64,000 bases of DNA from Cyanidioschyzon merolae. Its lineage: Eukaryota. The stretch is taken from NCBI GenBank assembly GCA_000091205.1, contig AP006500.2; one strand, 5' to 3'. Made by a program: the position numbers and the translations under genes. This document shows, in pieces, positions 44,625-56,714 of this stretch. The notes under the pieces were generated by a model. The model made no database searches, was not told where the DNA came from, and saw only the letters and a program-made list of their open reading frames with translations. Each line of letters starts with the position of its first letter. Position 1 is the stretch's first letter.

Positions 44625-47132
44625 CTAGTCCGAAGCGCTGTCCCGGAAAAGGTACCGCGCGAATAGTTCTAAACCGCCGTCGCTCCGACCGGCCTCACCA
44701 CGAACCTCCCGGTCGAAATACGGCACAACGATGAGAGGACTAACACCGCTTCGACGCGTTTGCGAGGGTAGTGCCTGCTGTAAACGTTCAGTCTGCTGAC
44801 CGTGTTCCCGAACAAGCCGATGCACAAAGCGCTCCAAGTCTCGTAGCGTTGGTGGTACAACCTGATTGATCACGAGACGATGCGACGCAATACGCTGTCT
44901 TGCAAGTGCTTGTGCCAAGCGCTCTGTTTCCACAACGTTCAGATAGGTAGGCCGCGTAACTAGAACGACTTCGCTTCGTTCCGGATCGTGAAGAAGATCC
45001 CTCAGCTCCATAAGCTGTTCCCGAAATCGACTCAAGCGTTGGGCCGGGGTCAGCTCAGGTTCAGTACGATCGCTGCGTCCACCGAGACCCGAAAAGAACT
45101 GCGTGATACCATCTAGCTTCGATTTGAGGCGGAGGATCCTCCCGAGCAGACCATCCAGAAAGTCCGGAAACGCAAGCAGGCGCAGTGTGTGCCCAGTCGG
45201 CGCAGTATCGATCACAATATGGTCATACTCGGATGATATCAGGTTCACGACGCGAGAGAGCGCCACGAGCTCATCGATGCCTGGAGGCAGCGCGTCAAAC
45301 AGGTTCCCCAGATCACCAATGTCCAGATCCAGACCCAAAATCTTCGCGGAACGGAGCGATTCTAGCGTTTCCCGAAATTCGATCAGCGCTCGTTCCGCAT
45401 CGACTTCCAGGATGGAAAGATTTTCAGCGATCAGTGTCACATCATTCAGGTAGGAGCCGGACGGTGCTTTCACGTCGAATAAGTCGCCCAGAGAATGGGC
45501 CGGATCCGTTGAGACCACGATAGTGCGTTGCCCGGTATCGGCAAGGTGCACGCCGATGGCTCCCGCTGTCGTGGTCTTTCCACAGCCGCCTTTAGCAGCG
45601 GTGAGGACCACTTTGCGCAGGCGCGGCTTCTCATCAGACCACAATGGCGACAGACAGGCAGCGAAGGCGCGAGCACCATACACTGTGCGAATCTCCGTAT
45701 CGAAAATAGGGACCTGAACGATATCGTATCCATGCGTAGCACCGAGTCGTTGGTGCAAGCGTTCAAGAAACTCCTGCTGCGCGCTTTGCATCGAGTGTAT
45801 GTACGCGCCCTTCGCGGATGGTTGCAGCACCATGTTCACGATGACAGCAGAGACCGATAAGCTCCTCTTGTGAGTTAATTCATCGATCAATCGAAGCGAC
45901 TCTCGGACGGCTAGCTCTGTCGCAATGGTCACCACAACGATTTCCGTGGATTTCTCGTCACGGAGCAGGGATCCGAGTTGCTGCATTCGCTGCTGAAATG
46001 TACCAATTTTGGAGGCGGCCTCCTCCCATTGCTTTCTATTCACCGAACCAGAGACTGTATTCAAGATCACACCCAGCTTACCCCTGAGTTGCAAGAGCTT
46101 GCCCAGAAAGGAATCCAGAAAATCGGGAAACGATAGCAATCGGAGCGTGTGCCCGCTGGGTGCCGTATCGATAACCACCCGATCATAGCGTTCCAGTAGG
46201 TCCAAAATAAGCGAGAGCGCAACAAACTCATCAGCCCCGGGAGGTACGGTATCCAAAAGCTCTTGCACATCTGCCAACCCCAACTTGTTTAAATCGATCA
46301 GACGCTGCGTCGAAATGAGGGCCTTGAACTCCTCCGCAGCAGCAGTAATATCGATTTCCAGTGCGTCCAGGTTTGGTGCTACGCGTTGCACTTGGCCACG
46401 CACGCTTGAGCGCCCCTGTGAAGCTGGCTCGATCAGCACCAGTTCATCGAGCGACGCCGCCTCCGTGCCAAGGTCAACACCGAGCGCATCACCGAGCGAG
46501 TGTGCCGGGTCCGTAGACACAACCAGCGTGCGTAGACCGGCTGATGCGAGTCGATGCGCTACGGCAGCGGAAGTGGTCGTTTTCCCGGTCCCGCCTTTGC
46601 CAGTGAAGAGACATATGCGCGTGGTGGTGTCTGTTCGCAACAGGTGTGCGAGCGGAGACTCGGACACGTCGAGCGCGTTTGCAAGCGAGCTGCACGAAAC
46701 TTGTTCACGTCCTGCATGGGCGACTCGCTCGCGCCCCGATCTCGACTCGTTATTCTGTTTCCTGGTGAGCGTTTTTCGGGTGAGAGCCGCACCCGGGAAC
46801 CCACGTGTCCGTAGCCAAGTCCGCGCCTCACCGCTCGGCAGCGCTTCTGTTACAACGAGTGCATTCGTCCGGAGCGCCCAACCCCGTGAAAGCGTCCAGT
46901 GTCCCGCGTCGACTCGAGCAACGCACAGCACAGCCTGTTGCGTACCCGCCAGCCGAGTTGAGCGTAATAGAACCTGGTCGTTCAGGGCTGCAACCGGAAT
47001 CGAGAGGCCAACAAAGCCCGGCAATCGCTGGTGTTCCATAGTCGCGCCCACGTTGACAGGAACACGAGAGAGAAGCGGATCACTGGCGAATGACCGCTGA
47101 GTCCAGACCGAATGCGGTTGAAGAGCTAGCAC
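44625..47132 (-). CDS. ArsA/GET3-family ATPase with two tandem ATPase domains and ~170-aa N-terminal extension
   Basis: Two P-loops (LFTGKGGTGKTTTSAA and LTAAKGGCGKTTTAGA), each followed by VVSTDPAHSLGD and DTAPTGHTLRLL motifs, as in bacterial ArsA and plastid ArsA/GET3B-like proteins. Confidence 0.85.
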   Translation of the reverse strand: MLALQPHSVWTQRSFASDPLLSRVPVNVGATMEHQRLPGFVGLSIPVAALNDQVLLRSTRLAGTQQAVLCVARVDAGHWTLSRGWALRTNALVVTEALPSGEARTWLRTRGFPGAALTRKTLTRKQNNESRSGRERVAHAGREQVSCSSLANALDVSESPLAHLLRTDTTTRICLFTGKGGTGKTTTSAAVAHRLASAGLRTLVVSTDPAHSLGDALGVDLGTEAASLDELVLIEPASQGRSSVRGQVQRVAPNLDALEIDITAAAEEFKALISTQRLIDLNKLGLADVQELLDTVPPGADEFVALSLILDLLERYDRVVIDTAPSGHTLRLLSFPDFLDSFLGKLLQLRGKLGVILNTVSGSVNRKQWEEAASKIGTFQQRMQQLGSLLRDEKSTEIVVVTIATELAVRESLRLIDELTHKRSLSVSAVIVNMVLQPSAKGAYIHSMQSAQQEFLERLHQRLGATHGYDIVQVPIFDTEIRTVYGARAFAACLSPLWSDEKPRLRKVVLTAAKGGCGKTTTAGAIGVHLADTGQRTIVVSTDPAHSLGDLFDVKAPSGSYLNDVTLIAENLSILEVDAERALIEFRETLESLRSAKILGLDLDIGDLGNLFDALPPGIDELVALSRVVNLISSEYDHIVIDTAPTGHTLRLLAFPDFLDGLLGRILRLKSKLDGITQFFSGLGGRSDRTEPELTPAQRLSRFREQLMELRDLLHDPERSEVVLVTRPTYLNVVETERLAQALARQRIASHRLVINQVVPPTLRDLERFVHRLVREHGQQTERLQQALPSQTRRSGVSPLIVVPYFDREVRGEAGRSDGGLELFARYLFRDSASD

Positions 47133-48457
47133 AGGTAGTGATAACTGGGAAACGCGTTATGACATGGACCGCTACCCTTCGACAACCGCGTTTCACACCA
47201 CCAGCACAAGCACCAGGAAGAGGAATGATGAACGTGGCGTCTGAATGTGTTGCCCCGCTGATCCCACACGCCCCAGAGCAACTCCATTGCTCGGGAATGC
47301 AAGCGACGCCTGCAAAAAGGTAGGGCGGAATCACCCTTTCAAGACGGAAGCAGGATTCATAGTAACCGTTGTGTGTGAGATACGTAAAGCCTTATCTGAA
47401 GCTTCACGTGGCAAAAGCGACCTTGCAAGCCGGTACGCAGGCAGGAAACAGAACTCGAAGCGGCAGGTGCCGGATGGTCCCAACTATGAGGCGGCGTGCG
47501 CCACCGGAGACTTTAGCAGACCAGGAAGCGTCCGCAGTGGGCCTCAAAGCTCGCTGGATTGTCGGGTCGTTCAAGCATCTGTTCACTGGGAGAGGCCTAG
47601 ACTGGTAAGGGTGCTGGGCGGAGGCGCCGAAGCAGGAGCTGAGGTCTTTGCCCTGGTCACCAGCAATATTCTCGCAACCAAGGTGTCGGGGCTGCTATCC
47701 CACGACTCTAGACTGTACACAAATCAACTGTTCAGTATCGGTGAGGGTTGTCACCGCCAGCGCCAAGCACATGGTGACTGGCGCTCGGCCCTCTCTTCCG
47801 TGACGAGCGTGCTATCGACGTTATGGGTTGCCCGCAGGGTATGTAGGCGCGCTCGCTGGCATGATGCACGTTTCCCTGGTTGCATTTCCTCGATTAGACG
47901 GTGTCAAGGTCTGTATCGCCGCATGCTATCCACGTCGAGTCGTCATGGAACGCGCAGAACTGAGCCAGTCTACCTTTGCGACGATATGGAAATTTGCGCT
48001 GCATGAAAAGCATGAGATCGGGTGCAGGCTGGTAGTGGTTACCAGACTCTGGGATTACTTTCCTAGCGACAGAAACGAAACCTCAAGCGCCATTGCAGCA
48101 CGCCCGACAGGAGTCTTTACACGGCACAACCCGGAAACCAAGTATCTACGGAATGCGCAAGATCGCAAGCCAACCTAGAACGCATCGAGACACTTATTGA
48201 CACGGGGACAATCCAAGAGCCATGCGAACAAGGCAAATGCGAGTTTGCAGTTGTACTTGAGCACGTTCCCGAAGGCATCTGCTAATGCACTGCAGGGTTG
48301 TTCTGGTCGTTCGTAAACACGGACACGTCCCGTATGGAATGCTTCGTTCCCGGGGGCACCGCATATGCGAATCGATAACCCGGAAAGCACAGCATGTACA
48401 TGACTCCGTGGTGCCTCAGCGGTCCAGTGCACTCAAACCAGACGAGCTGCAGTGGCG

Positions 48458-48970
48458 TCATCGTTCCGTCTTGAGCTTGAACCCTGTTGAGCAGAGCGCC
48501 TCGTAGAAAGCACGAATCTTCCCGTGAAACCGCCCCGGTTGCGACCATTGCGCCTGACGGATACCAGCTGCGCACGCCCGCTTACCCAGCACAAGGCCTA
48601 CGCGGCGGGCAGCCTCCGTGGACGCGGACTGATAGCCCACGAGCTCCGCCTGCGCACACTCGCCCGATACCGTTTCTGAAGAGGTTTCCGATGCCAGCTC
48701 GGGCGCATTCCCGAGACGAATAGGCTCTTGCAAGCTCGAAGCCTCTGCGTCAACCGTTCCTTTCCGCCAGTTTACGACCTGAGCCTTGACGTGTCTCGAC
48801 GTCAGCGTAAGGATAACTCGGTGCGGCAGGGCCTCCCAGTGGCGCACGCGTTTCGCAAACCCCCGCGCCTGGTACCAGAGTTTCCCCGATCGCTGTGTGC
48901 TCATAACATTGCCAAATCTATATATACTGTGGAAAGTCCAATAAGTTGTACCAAAACCGGTCGATTCCAA
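48458..48970 (-). CDS. rplR: Organellar ribosomal protein bL18 (L18p/L5e family)
   Basis: C-terminal AARRVGLVLGKRACAAGIRQAQWSQPGRFHGKIRAFYEALCSTGFKL fits the bL18 signature (AAkxVGkxlAerAxxxGIxxVvFDRgGyxYHGRVkALAdaaReaGLxF). Upstream LTLTSRHVKAQVVN resembles the bL18 N-terminal strand. Confidence 0.55.
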   Translation of the reverse strand: MESTGFGTTYWTFHSIYRFGNVMSTQRSGKLWYQARGFAKRVRHWEALPHRVILTLTSRHVKAQVVNWRKGTVDAEASSLQEPIRLGNAPELASETSSETVSGECAQAELVGYQSASTEAARRVGLVLGKRACAAGIRQAQWSQPGRFHGKIRAFYEALCSTGFKLKTER

Positions 48971-49034
48971 CGTAAACCAAAGACTGCAAAGTTATGGCGC
49001 CTGCACCGGCATGAGAGCAAATAGTTGTACTCTA

Positions 49035-49036
49035 CG

Positions 49037-49079
<43 letters not shown>
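49035..49079. repeat. (GTGC)n microsatellite, ~11 units
   Basis: gtgcgtgcgtgcgtgcgtgc... run immediately downstream of the bL18 gene 5' region. Confidence 0.9.
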
Positions 49080-49649
49080 TTTCCGACACGCATGTTTGCG
49101 TGCGCGGTCGTCGTGTCCACCACAGCAGATTCCATACCAAAGCTGAGAGCGGCGTTTGGAGCGAGCGTTCCCGTATCTGCATCATTTTCGCGGTTGCTCA
49201 GTTTTGAGATCGATTATCCTGTTTTTACGGAAACCTGGATGCATGATTTGTTTGGCACTCCACGGGATTTCGCAAGAGCGAAACCATGTTGGTGCTTACA
49301 GGTGCAGGCGCGTTCCGCAAGCATCGTATACGCTTCATGGAGCTGGCACGCAGCTCTGCAAGCCGGCATCGATCCGTTGAGTTCCAATATTGTCGCATGG
49401 ACTGCAACTCATACACAAACAGCTGGGCGAAATGCATTCCGTGAAAAATGGGCACCTCGGGCATCTCGCCGCATGCGCAGCGCTCGTGTCACTCGACTCG
49501 CACGCATCACGCTGCAGCGTCGCCGAGGCATAGTCGCGGATGCCGGCAGCTGCTCTTGTAACGCAGATGTATCGATTGTTTGGGGCTTGAGATTTCCTGG
49601 GAAAAAATGCACCGCTGATTCCATGGGAACCACGCATGCCCATAGCGTC

Positions 49650-50516
49650 CTATCGAAGCGCTTCAGCGTCGGGATTCTGCAGCGATCCAAAGAGCAAGAG
49701 ATCATCGTCGGGAGCGCGGATCAGATCACAGTGCAGACAGATGATGCGACGTGCTCCCGCAACTCGATCAGCGCACACGGCCTCTGGCTTCGGAAGCGCG
49801 CGGTCATCCGGAACATCGAGCGCTCTGTCCCAGACAAGAACTGTGCCCTTCCTGTGCACCTGCGGTAAATTGTTGTAGTTGACACCTCGTTGCCACATAA
49901 TTTCATTCTTCATTCCTGTATCCGTGCCGCGAAGCGTCTTGTGTGCGTCGTCGAGGGAGAGCTTGTCCTTCTGCACCAACAGCCAAAACGCAGTATTATA
50001 TTGGCAGTTCACATGGCAGTCTACCTGACGCCAGGCCAGGTAATCACGCACGTGTCGGAAGCTGGGCAGAACGACAAGCCTCGCGTCGAAACTCGGTGTG
50101 TCGCGCAGCGGTGTCGACCCGCCCAGGTGGCCAGCCCAGCCGCACACGAACGCGCTGGTAAACAGTGAGACAGTCACCGAGAGCAACTTGCTCGTGCGCC
50201 GTCCGAAAATTGTTGCGTCTCGGCGGAATATGAAGCTGTACTCATCACTGTGACCGTATGCAATTCCGACCTGTCCGGAGAAGGCCTGCATAACGTGGCC
50301 GGCTGTCTCGTTCAAAAGCGTGACGAGGCGCTCATCAACCGGTTTCTCTAGGCCGTGGCGTTCGGCGAACTTGCGGAATACGCGACCGTCCACGCGAACT
50401 GCAAAGAAGACGTCCGGAATGATTTCGTCGCGGGACTCGAATGCTTTTATGTACTCGTACTTCGAGTTCGCCATCGGGCCGTTCGCGGCGGCTTCGGCGT
50501 CGGGCAAGGTGCCCAA
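49650..50516 (-). CDS. THG1: tRNA-His guanylyltransferase Thg1
   Basis: N-terminal MANSKYEYIKAFESRDEIIPDVFFAVRVDGRVFRKFAERHGLEKPVDER and GIAYGHSDEYSFIF match the Thg1 catalytic core. The likely start is the second Met (about 50474). Confidence 0.85.
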   Translation of the reverse strand: MGTLPDAEAAANGPMANSKYEYIKAFESRDEIIPDVFFAVRVDGRVFRKFAERHGLEKPVDERLVTLLNETAGHVMQAFSGQVGIAYGHSDEYSFIFRRDATIFGRRTSKLLSVTVSLFTSAFVCGWAGHLGGSTPLRDTPSFDARLVVLPSFRHVRDYLAWRQVDCHVNCQYNTAFWLLVQKDKLSLDDAHKTLRGTDTGMKNEIMWQRGVNYNNLPQVHRKGTVLVWDRALDVPDDRALPKPEAVCADRVAGARRIICLHCDLIRAPDDDLLLFGSLQNPDAEALR

Positions 50517-52154
50517 ACGCCTGCACCTTGTACCCGCCCCAAGTCGAGGAGTCGCAGTCGGGCACTACGCCCGTGTCAGACGAAATTGGAACTTTGGGCG
50601 GCTCGTCCCGATTGTGGCGACGATTTTTCCGAACTTGTGTTCGATGTACTGCCTTCATCATTCGGGGTGCAGCGATGCAGACGTGCCGATGTACACGACG
50701 TTTTCGGATATTGGGTCGTTGTTTCGGAGTGGCTCCGTTGACAATTTGCTGGTGGAATTCGTTGCGTTACTGGAATCAGAATGATGTGCTACGCCCTCGA
50801 GCAAGTATTCGTGAAATCACCGAGATCATCTTCGCAATTCATGTGGAGAAGCCTCCACTCTTCTCCTTTTTACGTGTATCATGTTTAAATCATGAATTCT
50901 CCAATTTTTCGATCTTTTTGGATCAAGGCAAATCGCGGACGCAGCAATTCGCGCTGCCAGATCGGCGGGGCCAAAAATCGACGCCGGCCCGTGACGACTT
51001 GTTCATGAGCGCATACCAGAAGTTCACGAAGAATCAAGTCAAATAATCGAATTGGTTCGAAAGATAAGTCCTTCCCTGATTGTGGTCATCGACGAAACAG
51101 CATTCCACAGCAGCGCGATACCTCTGAGGGCATATTCTCCCAGAGGCTCCCGTCTCTGCCGCATGCATCGAAAAGGGTCCGGTGCACGGGCTGCAGTCAT
51201 CGCAGCGATACGCTTCCAGATGAGAGCGCACCACCGCTCTGCGCAGAGAGAGCGTCGAAGAATCGACATTGCTCGAATTGCGCTCCAGCGTGGATATTCT
51301 TTCCGGTGCCTGTTTCATCATGTACATGACAGCGTCCCACAAAACCCGTATGGAATGGAACAGCGTGCGCGTGAGCGTGCATCGGACAGCGTACTCGCCA
51401 CGGGGATTCTCCAGAGAATACCCGTGATCATCAGGAACAGCAGCATGCGGGGAAACGGTGGAGGGCATCGAGGTGAGCTTTTCTGCACCCGCCAAGGGCA
51501 AGCACTGAGCGATGAAGCACGTCTCGCGCGCCACAGCGCGGCGCTCGGAAGCGACATGGTTGGTATATTGGAAAACGTAACCACAGCCATACGTTTCAAG
51601 TTTGAAGTGCGCACCGAGACTCTACACACCGTAAGCGAAATGGCAATCGAAGCGTCAATTGCTGATTCTGCCTGTACCGGAAATACATCCACTACAACCG
51701 GAAGCAGCGAAATCTGGACTCAAACGCTGTCATCAACGTAATGCTTCTGCTGCTGACTACGGTGCTGGAGGGAAAGGAGAGACCGGCACATTCAAAGTCG
51801 GAGATGAGAGACAGGAAATGGAAGCAGTCGTAGAAAAACGCGCAAAAACTTTTGCTGATGGCAAAGGGCAGAAACGAGAGCTTGAAGGCGTATGCGCGTC
51901 TTCATAAGCATGTCCAATTTTATGGTAACATGGGTGTATCGGAGGCTCGAGTCGGCAGTGGACGCATGGCTGTCCCAGAAATCACTTTTGTCCATATTGT
52001 ATCTATTATATCGAATTTTATCCAAAATGGATCGCACACGGCGAGCGGCGTCGCCATCGTCCAGCTCCGGCTGCAACACTTGGATGTTCTTACTACCCCT
52101 CTAGGCTTCAAAGGTTTGCTGCAAGGGCTGCTTTCTGGGAGACGCTGACGCATC

Positions 52155-52925
52155 ATGGGTCGCGTCATTCGTGGACAGCGTCGCGGTGCGGGCGGCATAT
52201 TCAAAGCTCACACATCGAAGAGAAAAGGGCCAGTAAAGCTTCGCCCCGTGGACTTTGCTGAGCGCAACGGTTACATTCGGGGGCTCGTTACCGCCATCGA
52301 ACACGACCCGGGACGCGGCGCGCCCGTCGCGATCGTTGAGTTCCAAGACCCGTACCGCTACAAGAAAAGGAAGGAACGCATCTTGGCTGTCGAGGGCATG
52401 TACACGGGCATGTCCGTGTACTTTGGTAAAAAAGCGGTCCTCGCTGTAGGAAACACGCTTCCACTCTCCTCTATGCCGGAAGGTACCATTGTGTGCAACC
52501 TCGAGACAAAGGAAGGCGACCGAGGCACGCTTGCCAGAGCCTCCGGCATGTACGCTGTTGTGGTGAACCATCTAGAAAACGGAAAGACTCGTGTACGTCT
52601 ACCGAGCGGCGCTCGCCGACTAGTATCGAGCTCGTGCAGGGCGACAGTTGGAGTTGTTGCAGGTGGCGGCCGAACAGCGAAACCCATCCTCAAAGCTGGC
52701 CGCGCATACTACAAATACAAAGCGAAGCGCAACGAATGGCCGCGAGTACGTGGCGTAGCTATGAACCCTGTGGACCACCCGCACGGTGGTGGTAATCATC
52801 AACATGTGGGCCATCCAACGACTGTTGCCAGGGGAAGTGTTCCCGGTCAGAAAGTTGGTCTCATTGCAGCCCGTCGTACTGGCCGCATCAGCGGTACACG
52901 TGAAACGCGCGTCAAGGAAGAGTAA
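52155..52925 (+). CDS. RPL8: 60S ribosomal protein uL2 (L8)
   Basis: [30 protein letters not shown]..., [32 protein letters not shown]. Full length (256 aa), no intron. Confidence 0.9.
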   Translation: MGRVIRGQRRGAGGIFKAHTSKRKGPVKLRPVDFAERNGYIRGLVTAIEHDPGRGAPVAIVEFQDPYRYKKRKERILAVEGMYTGMSVYFGKKAVLAVGNTLPLSSMPEGTIVCNLETKEGDRGTLARASGMYAVVVNHLENGKTRVRLPSGARRLVSSSCRATVGVVAGGGRTAKPILKAGRAYYKYKAKRNEWPRVRGVAMNPVDHPHGGGNHQHVGHPTTVARGSVPGQKVGLIAARRTGRISGTRETRVKEE

Positions 52926-53355
52926 ACTTATCGCGTCCATTTTCCTAAAACAGACGACAAAGACGCTGAGAATTGTCCACGGGGGTCGAGCGATCACTTC
53001 CGCCGACCTTCGTTCGCGCGGCTGAACGATTCAGGCTGCCACATACGCACCAACTCGAAATCTGGGGTTCCGGTCTGAGACTCTGGCAGACCTTGCTCGA
53101 GTCGATGGGCTTTCGAGCTTTGTGCAAGCGAGGATCACTGGTCAGTTGGTATTGGTGTTGGTCATGGTCATGGTAATAGAGACGCGAGTGGCGCTTATGC
53201 GGATGCCCCGATATCAGAAAACACCATAGTACCATTCGGTACTTGAGCGTGCTTGAACCACGCTTCCCATCAGCAAACGGTGAGACTATTAGCGCGCTGC
53301 CCTTGTCGTTATGGGGAAACATTGCGGATGCTGCTCCCGGAACGTCATGGGATGC

Positions 53356-54507
53356 TCATCCTCCGATGGCGGTCATGGGACGATCGTTTTCGGTTCGCCT
53401 TGGAAGATCCCGCAGCGGATCACGTGCACCGCCATGTGCAAAGGCCTTGCGAGCGACAGCAGCATCGATCACTGCGTCGAGTTCCTGCCAGTCACCCCGC
53501 TGAATCAGATGCCGCAAACCGTATTCTGTTCGTCCAAAGAGACATGTTCGAAGATGCCCCGTTGCTGTCACGCGCAAACGATTGCAACCCGCGCAAAAGT
53601 GATTGCTCATTGAGGTAATGAAGCCCACTCGGAGCGCGGAGTCGCCGTCACCTCGATAAGCCCAGTATTTCGTCGTATCATGGGGATCGAGCGAGCGCTG
53701 CACCTGTTCCCGGGATTCGGGCTCGAATCGACCGCGGAGACGTTGGAGCATTTCGGCGTAGGGGACGAAGCGGTTTGATTCCCAGCCGTTGCCGCTAAAG
53801 GGCATGAACTCAATAAAGCGCACCGCCTGTAGCCGTCCGGGACGCAAAACGGTTTCCATACTCGCAAAGTATTCGCAGAAATCCAGTAACTCGTCATCAT
53901 TGATACCTCGCATGACAACGCAGTTCACCTTGACGTCTAGTCCCGCCTGAACGGCTCGGCGGATAGCTCGTAGGACTCGTGGGAGAAAAATTTCTCCAGA
54001 CCGACGAGTTAAAATTGTGAACCGCTCTGGCCGCAGTGTATCGAGCGATATGTTTACTGAGCGCATGCCACAACGCTGCAGAGTCGGCAGGTGTCGCTCC
54101 AGCAGCACCGCATTCGTCGTCATAGAGAGCGCTACCACAGGACTGCCGCCCGAACCAGTTCCCACGGCAGCATTCGTCGAAGATGCTGCACTCAGCGGTG
54201 CGAGTGCGTCCAACACCTGCTCTACGTCCTTGCGGACGAGCGGCTCGCCACCGGTCAGCCGCAGCTTGCGTATCCCTCGTTGCCGGACCAGGTGCTCCGC
54301 AAGAGCTGCTATCTCTGAAGCGGTAAGACACTCCGCCGAAGGTGCCAGGTTCGGCACACCCGTTGCTGGCATACAGTACTGACAGCGAAGATTGCATCTC
54401 TCTGTCAGTGATAATCGCAGGTAGTTGTGAACGCGGCCGAATGAGTCCGTTATAGGTCGCATGACAAGTGACATTACTTGGAGCAAGGCCAACGCGCTCT
54501 CGAGCAC
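53356..54507 (-). CDS. MOCS1: GTP 3',8-cyclase MoaA / MOCS1A (molybdenum cofactor biosynthesis), radical SAM
   Basis: LRLSLTERCNLRCQYCMP radical-SAM CxxxCxxC, MoaA C-terminal cluster region CAGCNRLRVTATG, and C-terminal double-glycine ...TAIGG characteristic of MOCS1A. Confidence 0.9.
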   Translation of the reverse strand: MLESALALLQVMSLVMRPITDSFGRVHNYLRLSLTERCNLRCQYCMPATGVPNLAPSAECLTASEIAALAEHLVRQRGIRKLRLTGGEPLVRKDVEQVLDALAPLSAASSTNAAVGTGSGGSPVVALSMTTNAVLLERHLPTLQRCGMRSVNISLDTLRPERFTILTRRSGEIFLPRVLRAIRRAVQAGLDVKVNCVVMRGINDDELLDFCEYFASMETVLRPGRLQAVRFIEFMPFSGNGWESNRFVPYAEMLQRLRGRFEPESREQVQRSLDPHDTTKYWAYRGDGDSALRVGFITSMSNHFCAGCNRLRVTATGHLRTCLFGRTEYGLRHLIQRGDWQELDAVIDAAVARKAFAHGGARDPLRDLPRRTENDRPMTAIGG

Positions 54508-56008
54508 ACGATCAGGGGTGTCGATTCGCCCTACCTTTCGTGAGAGCAGCGTTCCGTATAAGCCCTGTGCAGAGACAGCGCTCCGGGTCGTTGCGGAGCC
54601 ACCGCGCCACGTTCGAAGCGGGGTGTCTGCTCGCTGCTCAGAAGGCGCAAGTCACTCGACTCCACGGGTACGCACTCCAGGTCTGCCCAGTGGTCGGACA
54701 ATTTGAGGTGCTCGACCCGAGCACCCCTATGAACTGCACGAAAGACGTGCAACTCCCTGCTATACTTGTTCTGAGCACCTTTTCTGTTGCAGAGCTTCGC
54801 ACGACTGGCGTCGGGGCTTTCGGAGCCAGCCGCAACGCTACCGGTGCCCGAGCCAGCGGCAATAGCGACGACGCTCTAGCGCAGGTTGCGCTCGTGCGCT
54901 TCCGAACAACTCCTGCATTTGCATTGGGTCACTGCTGAGGCGGTTCGGACGAGTGATATATCTGGGGACGGAAAGCTGCAACCATTCTTGTGACAGCCAG
55001 CACAGCGATAGTTTCGTCATGGGTATTGCGAGAGAGAGAACACGGGCGATTGACCTGGTGTGATGAAGAGTCTGCCGGTTTAGAGCCGTTTCTGTCTCCT
55101 GGTACCAGCGGACTGATCAACTCGAGAACACGCCGCATAGCAAGCAACGATAATTTCTGGTAGATCCCTCCATAGCGAGCGCATCGCTACCCGAACCTGC
55201 ACATTGGCTCGATGAGCACGCTGCACCGCGAGCGCTTGTATTGCCCAGCGGGTCGCACAAAGCACGCGAACATGTGCGGACAGCAACATGGAGACGCGCA
55301 CCTGCATGATTCTTGCGTGCCGCTGGTTACTCTGGCGACCTTGGATAATAGCAGCGAACCTCGGATGCGTATCCAGAGGGCATTTTTGGAACGCAAGGCT
55401 CGCAATGCGCATCACGCTTGTACGAGCATCTGCATTTATTTTGGGCAAGGCGCTCATCCTTCGGAATGCATCCTCAGCGTGCATCAGTGGGATCGCATGA
55501 GTACTTTTCACGGGTCTCTGGATGGCGTTTGAAAAGCCTGCTCCGTGGAACACGTTGTGGTCGACCCGCCGCTCTTGCGACGCCTACTGCGATGCGGCTC
55601 CAGCTGCAAGAGTGCAGCGCCGTGTGCATGTAGCGCATACCTGCAGGCTTTTCCGCGCACGAAGCCCACAGCGCTCGGCTCGCAGAGGCATGCTCACAAA
55701 TGCGATACAGCTAGCAGATATATCACATCTTCCGCTGAACGGAAACGCGTCAGCTAATGCCACGTGCCGAGTCAGGAAAACGCAGCGTGCGCTCAGACCC
55801 GTCTGTCTTTCAGGGCAGACTCGACACCTGGTAGAACCCACGACCTGATCGTTTGCTCTATGGCGACCTAGTCCTGGTCGCGGATAGACCCTGGAAGTAT
55901 GTTGCGGAATGATGGATGCTCTAACAGGTGCACCGAACAACCACCTGATGGGGGATGGCTCATTCGGGCGAAAAACCCATCGATCATAGAAGAAATTGCA
56001 GGCTAGAT

Positions 56009-56468
56009 GCCATTCTTTGCGGATGTTCGCAGCAGACTCGGCACACGATGCAACGCGCGAAACGACCAGAACATCGGAGAGGCAGCATGGGTCATGAGAC
56101 CTGAACATAAACCACAGAATAATGCCATTCTTTGCGGATGTTCGCAGCAGACTCGGCACACGATGCAACGCGCGAAACGACCAGAACATCGGAGAGGCAG
56201 CATGGGTCATGAGACCTGAACATAAACCACAGAATAATGCCATTCTTTGCGGATGTTCGCAGCAGACTCGGCACACGATGCAACGCGCGAAACGACCAGA
56301 ACATCGGAGAGGCAGCATGGGTCATGAGACCTGAACATAAACCACAGAATAATGCCATTCTTTGCGGATGTTCGCAGCAGACTCGGCACACGATGCAACG
56401 CGCGAAACGACCAGAACATCGGAGAGGCAGCATGGGTCATGAGACCTGAACATAAACTACAGAATAAT
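56009..56468. repeat. Tandem array of 4 x 115-bp units (minisatellite), copies 1-3 identical, copy 4 with a single-base variant
   Basis: Unit gccattctttgcggatgttcgcagcagactcggcacacgatgcaacgcgcgaaacgaccagaacatcggagaggcagcatgggtcatgagacctgaacataaaccacagaataat recurs at 56009, 56124, 56239 and 56354. Produces the identical repeated peptides in ORF-track entries 56003-56203, 56092-56433 and 56207-56617. Confidence 0.95.
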
Positions 56469-56714
56469 GGATGCTTTCCAGAACACCAAAATGCATCGCC
56501 TAATCTGGTATCCTTCGTCCTTGTAAATGTTCCGTTGAACAATTGAGCACACGTCATCCGTTCGTTGCCCGCGGAGGCGCCTCTCTCAAGGGCGGTGTGC
56601 GATCGCGAGGGCGTCACGCACGGCGCGGCTGCATGCGTGCGTTGCGTGCGCGCGCTCAGCCGAGTCTCTTGGGCAAGCGCTTGCCTAGCTGCCTGTTTGC
56701 GTCAAAGTAGGCTG

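Noticed and set aside
47245-48006. 253-aa ORF between ArsA and bL18
   Set aside because: No recognisable domain and Cys/Arg-rich low complexity. It sits in the divergent promoter region and was treated as non-coding.
56009-56468. 115-bp tandem array as CRISPR or as coding repeats (MLPLRCSGRF... peptides)
   Set aside because: Units are contiguous with no spacers. The repeated peptide arises simply because the unit length (115) lets the frame re-enter. There is no domain and no support as protein.
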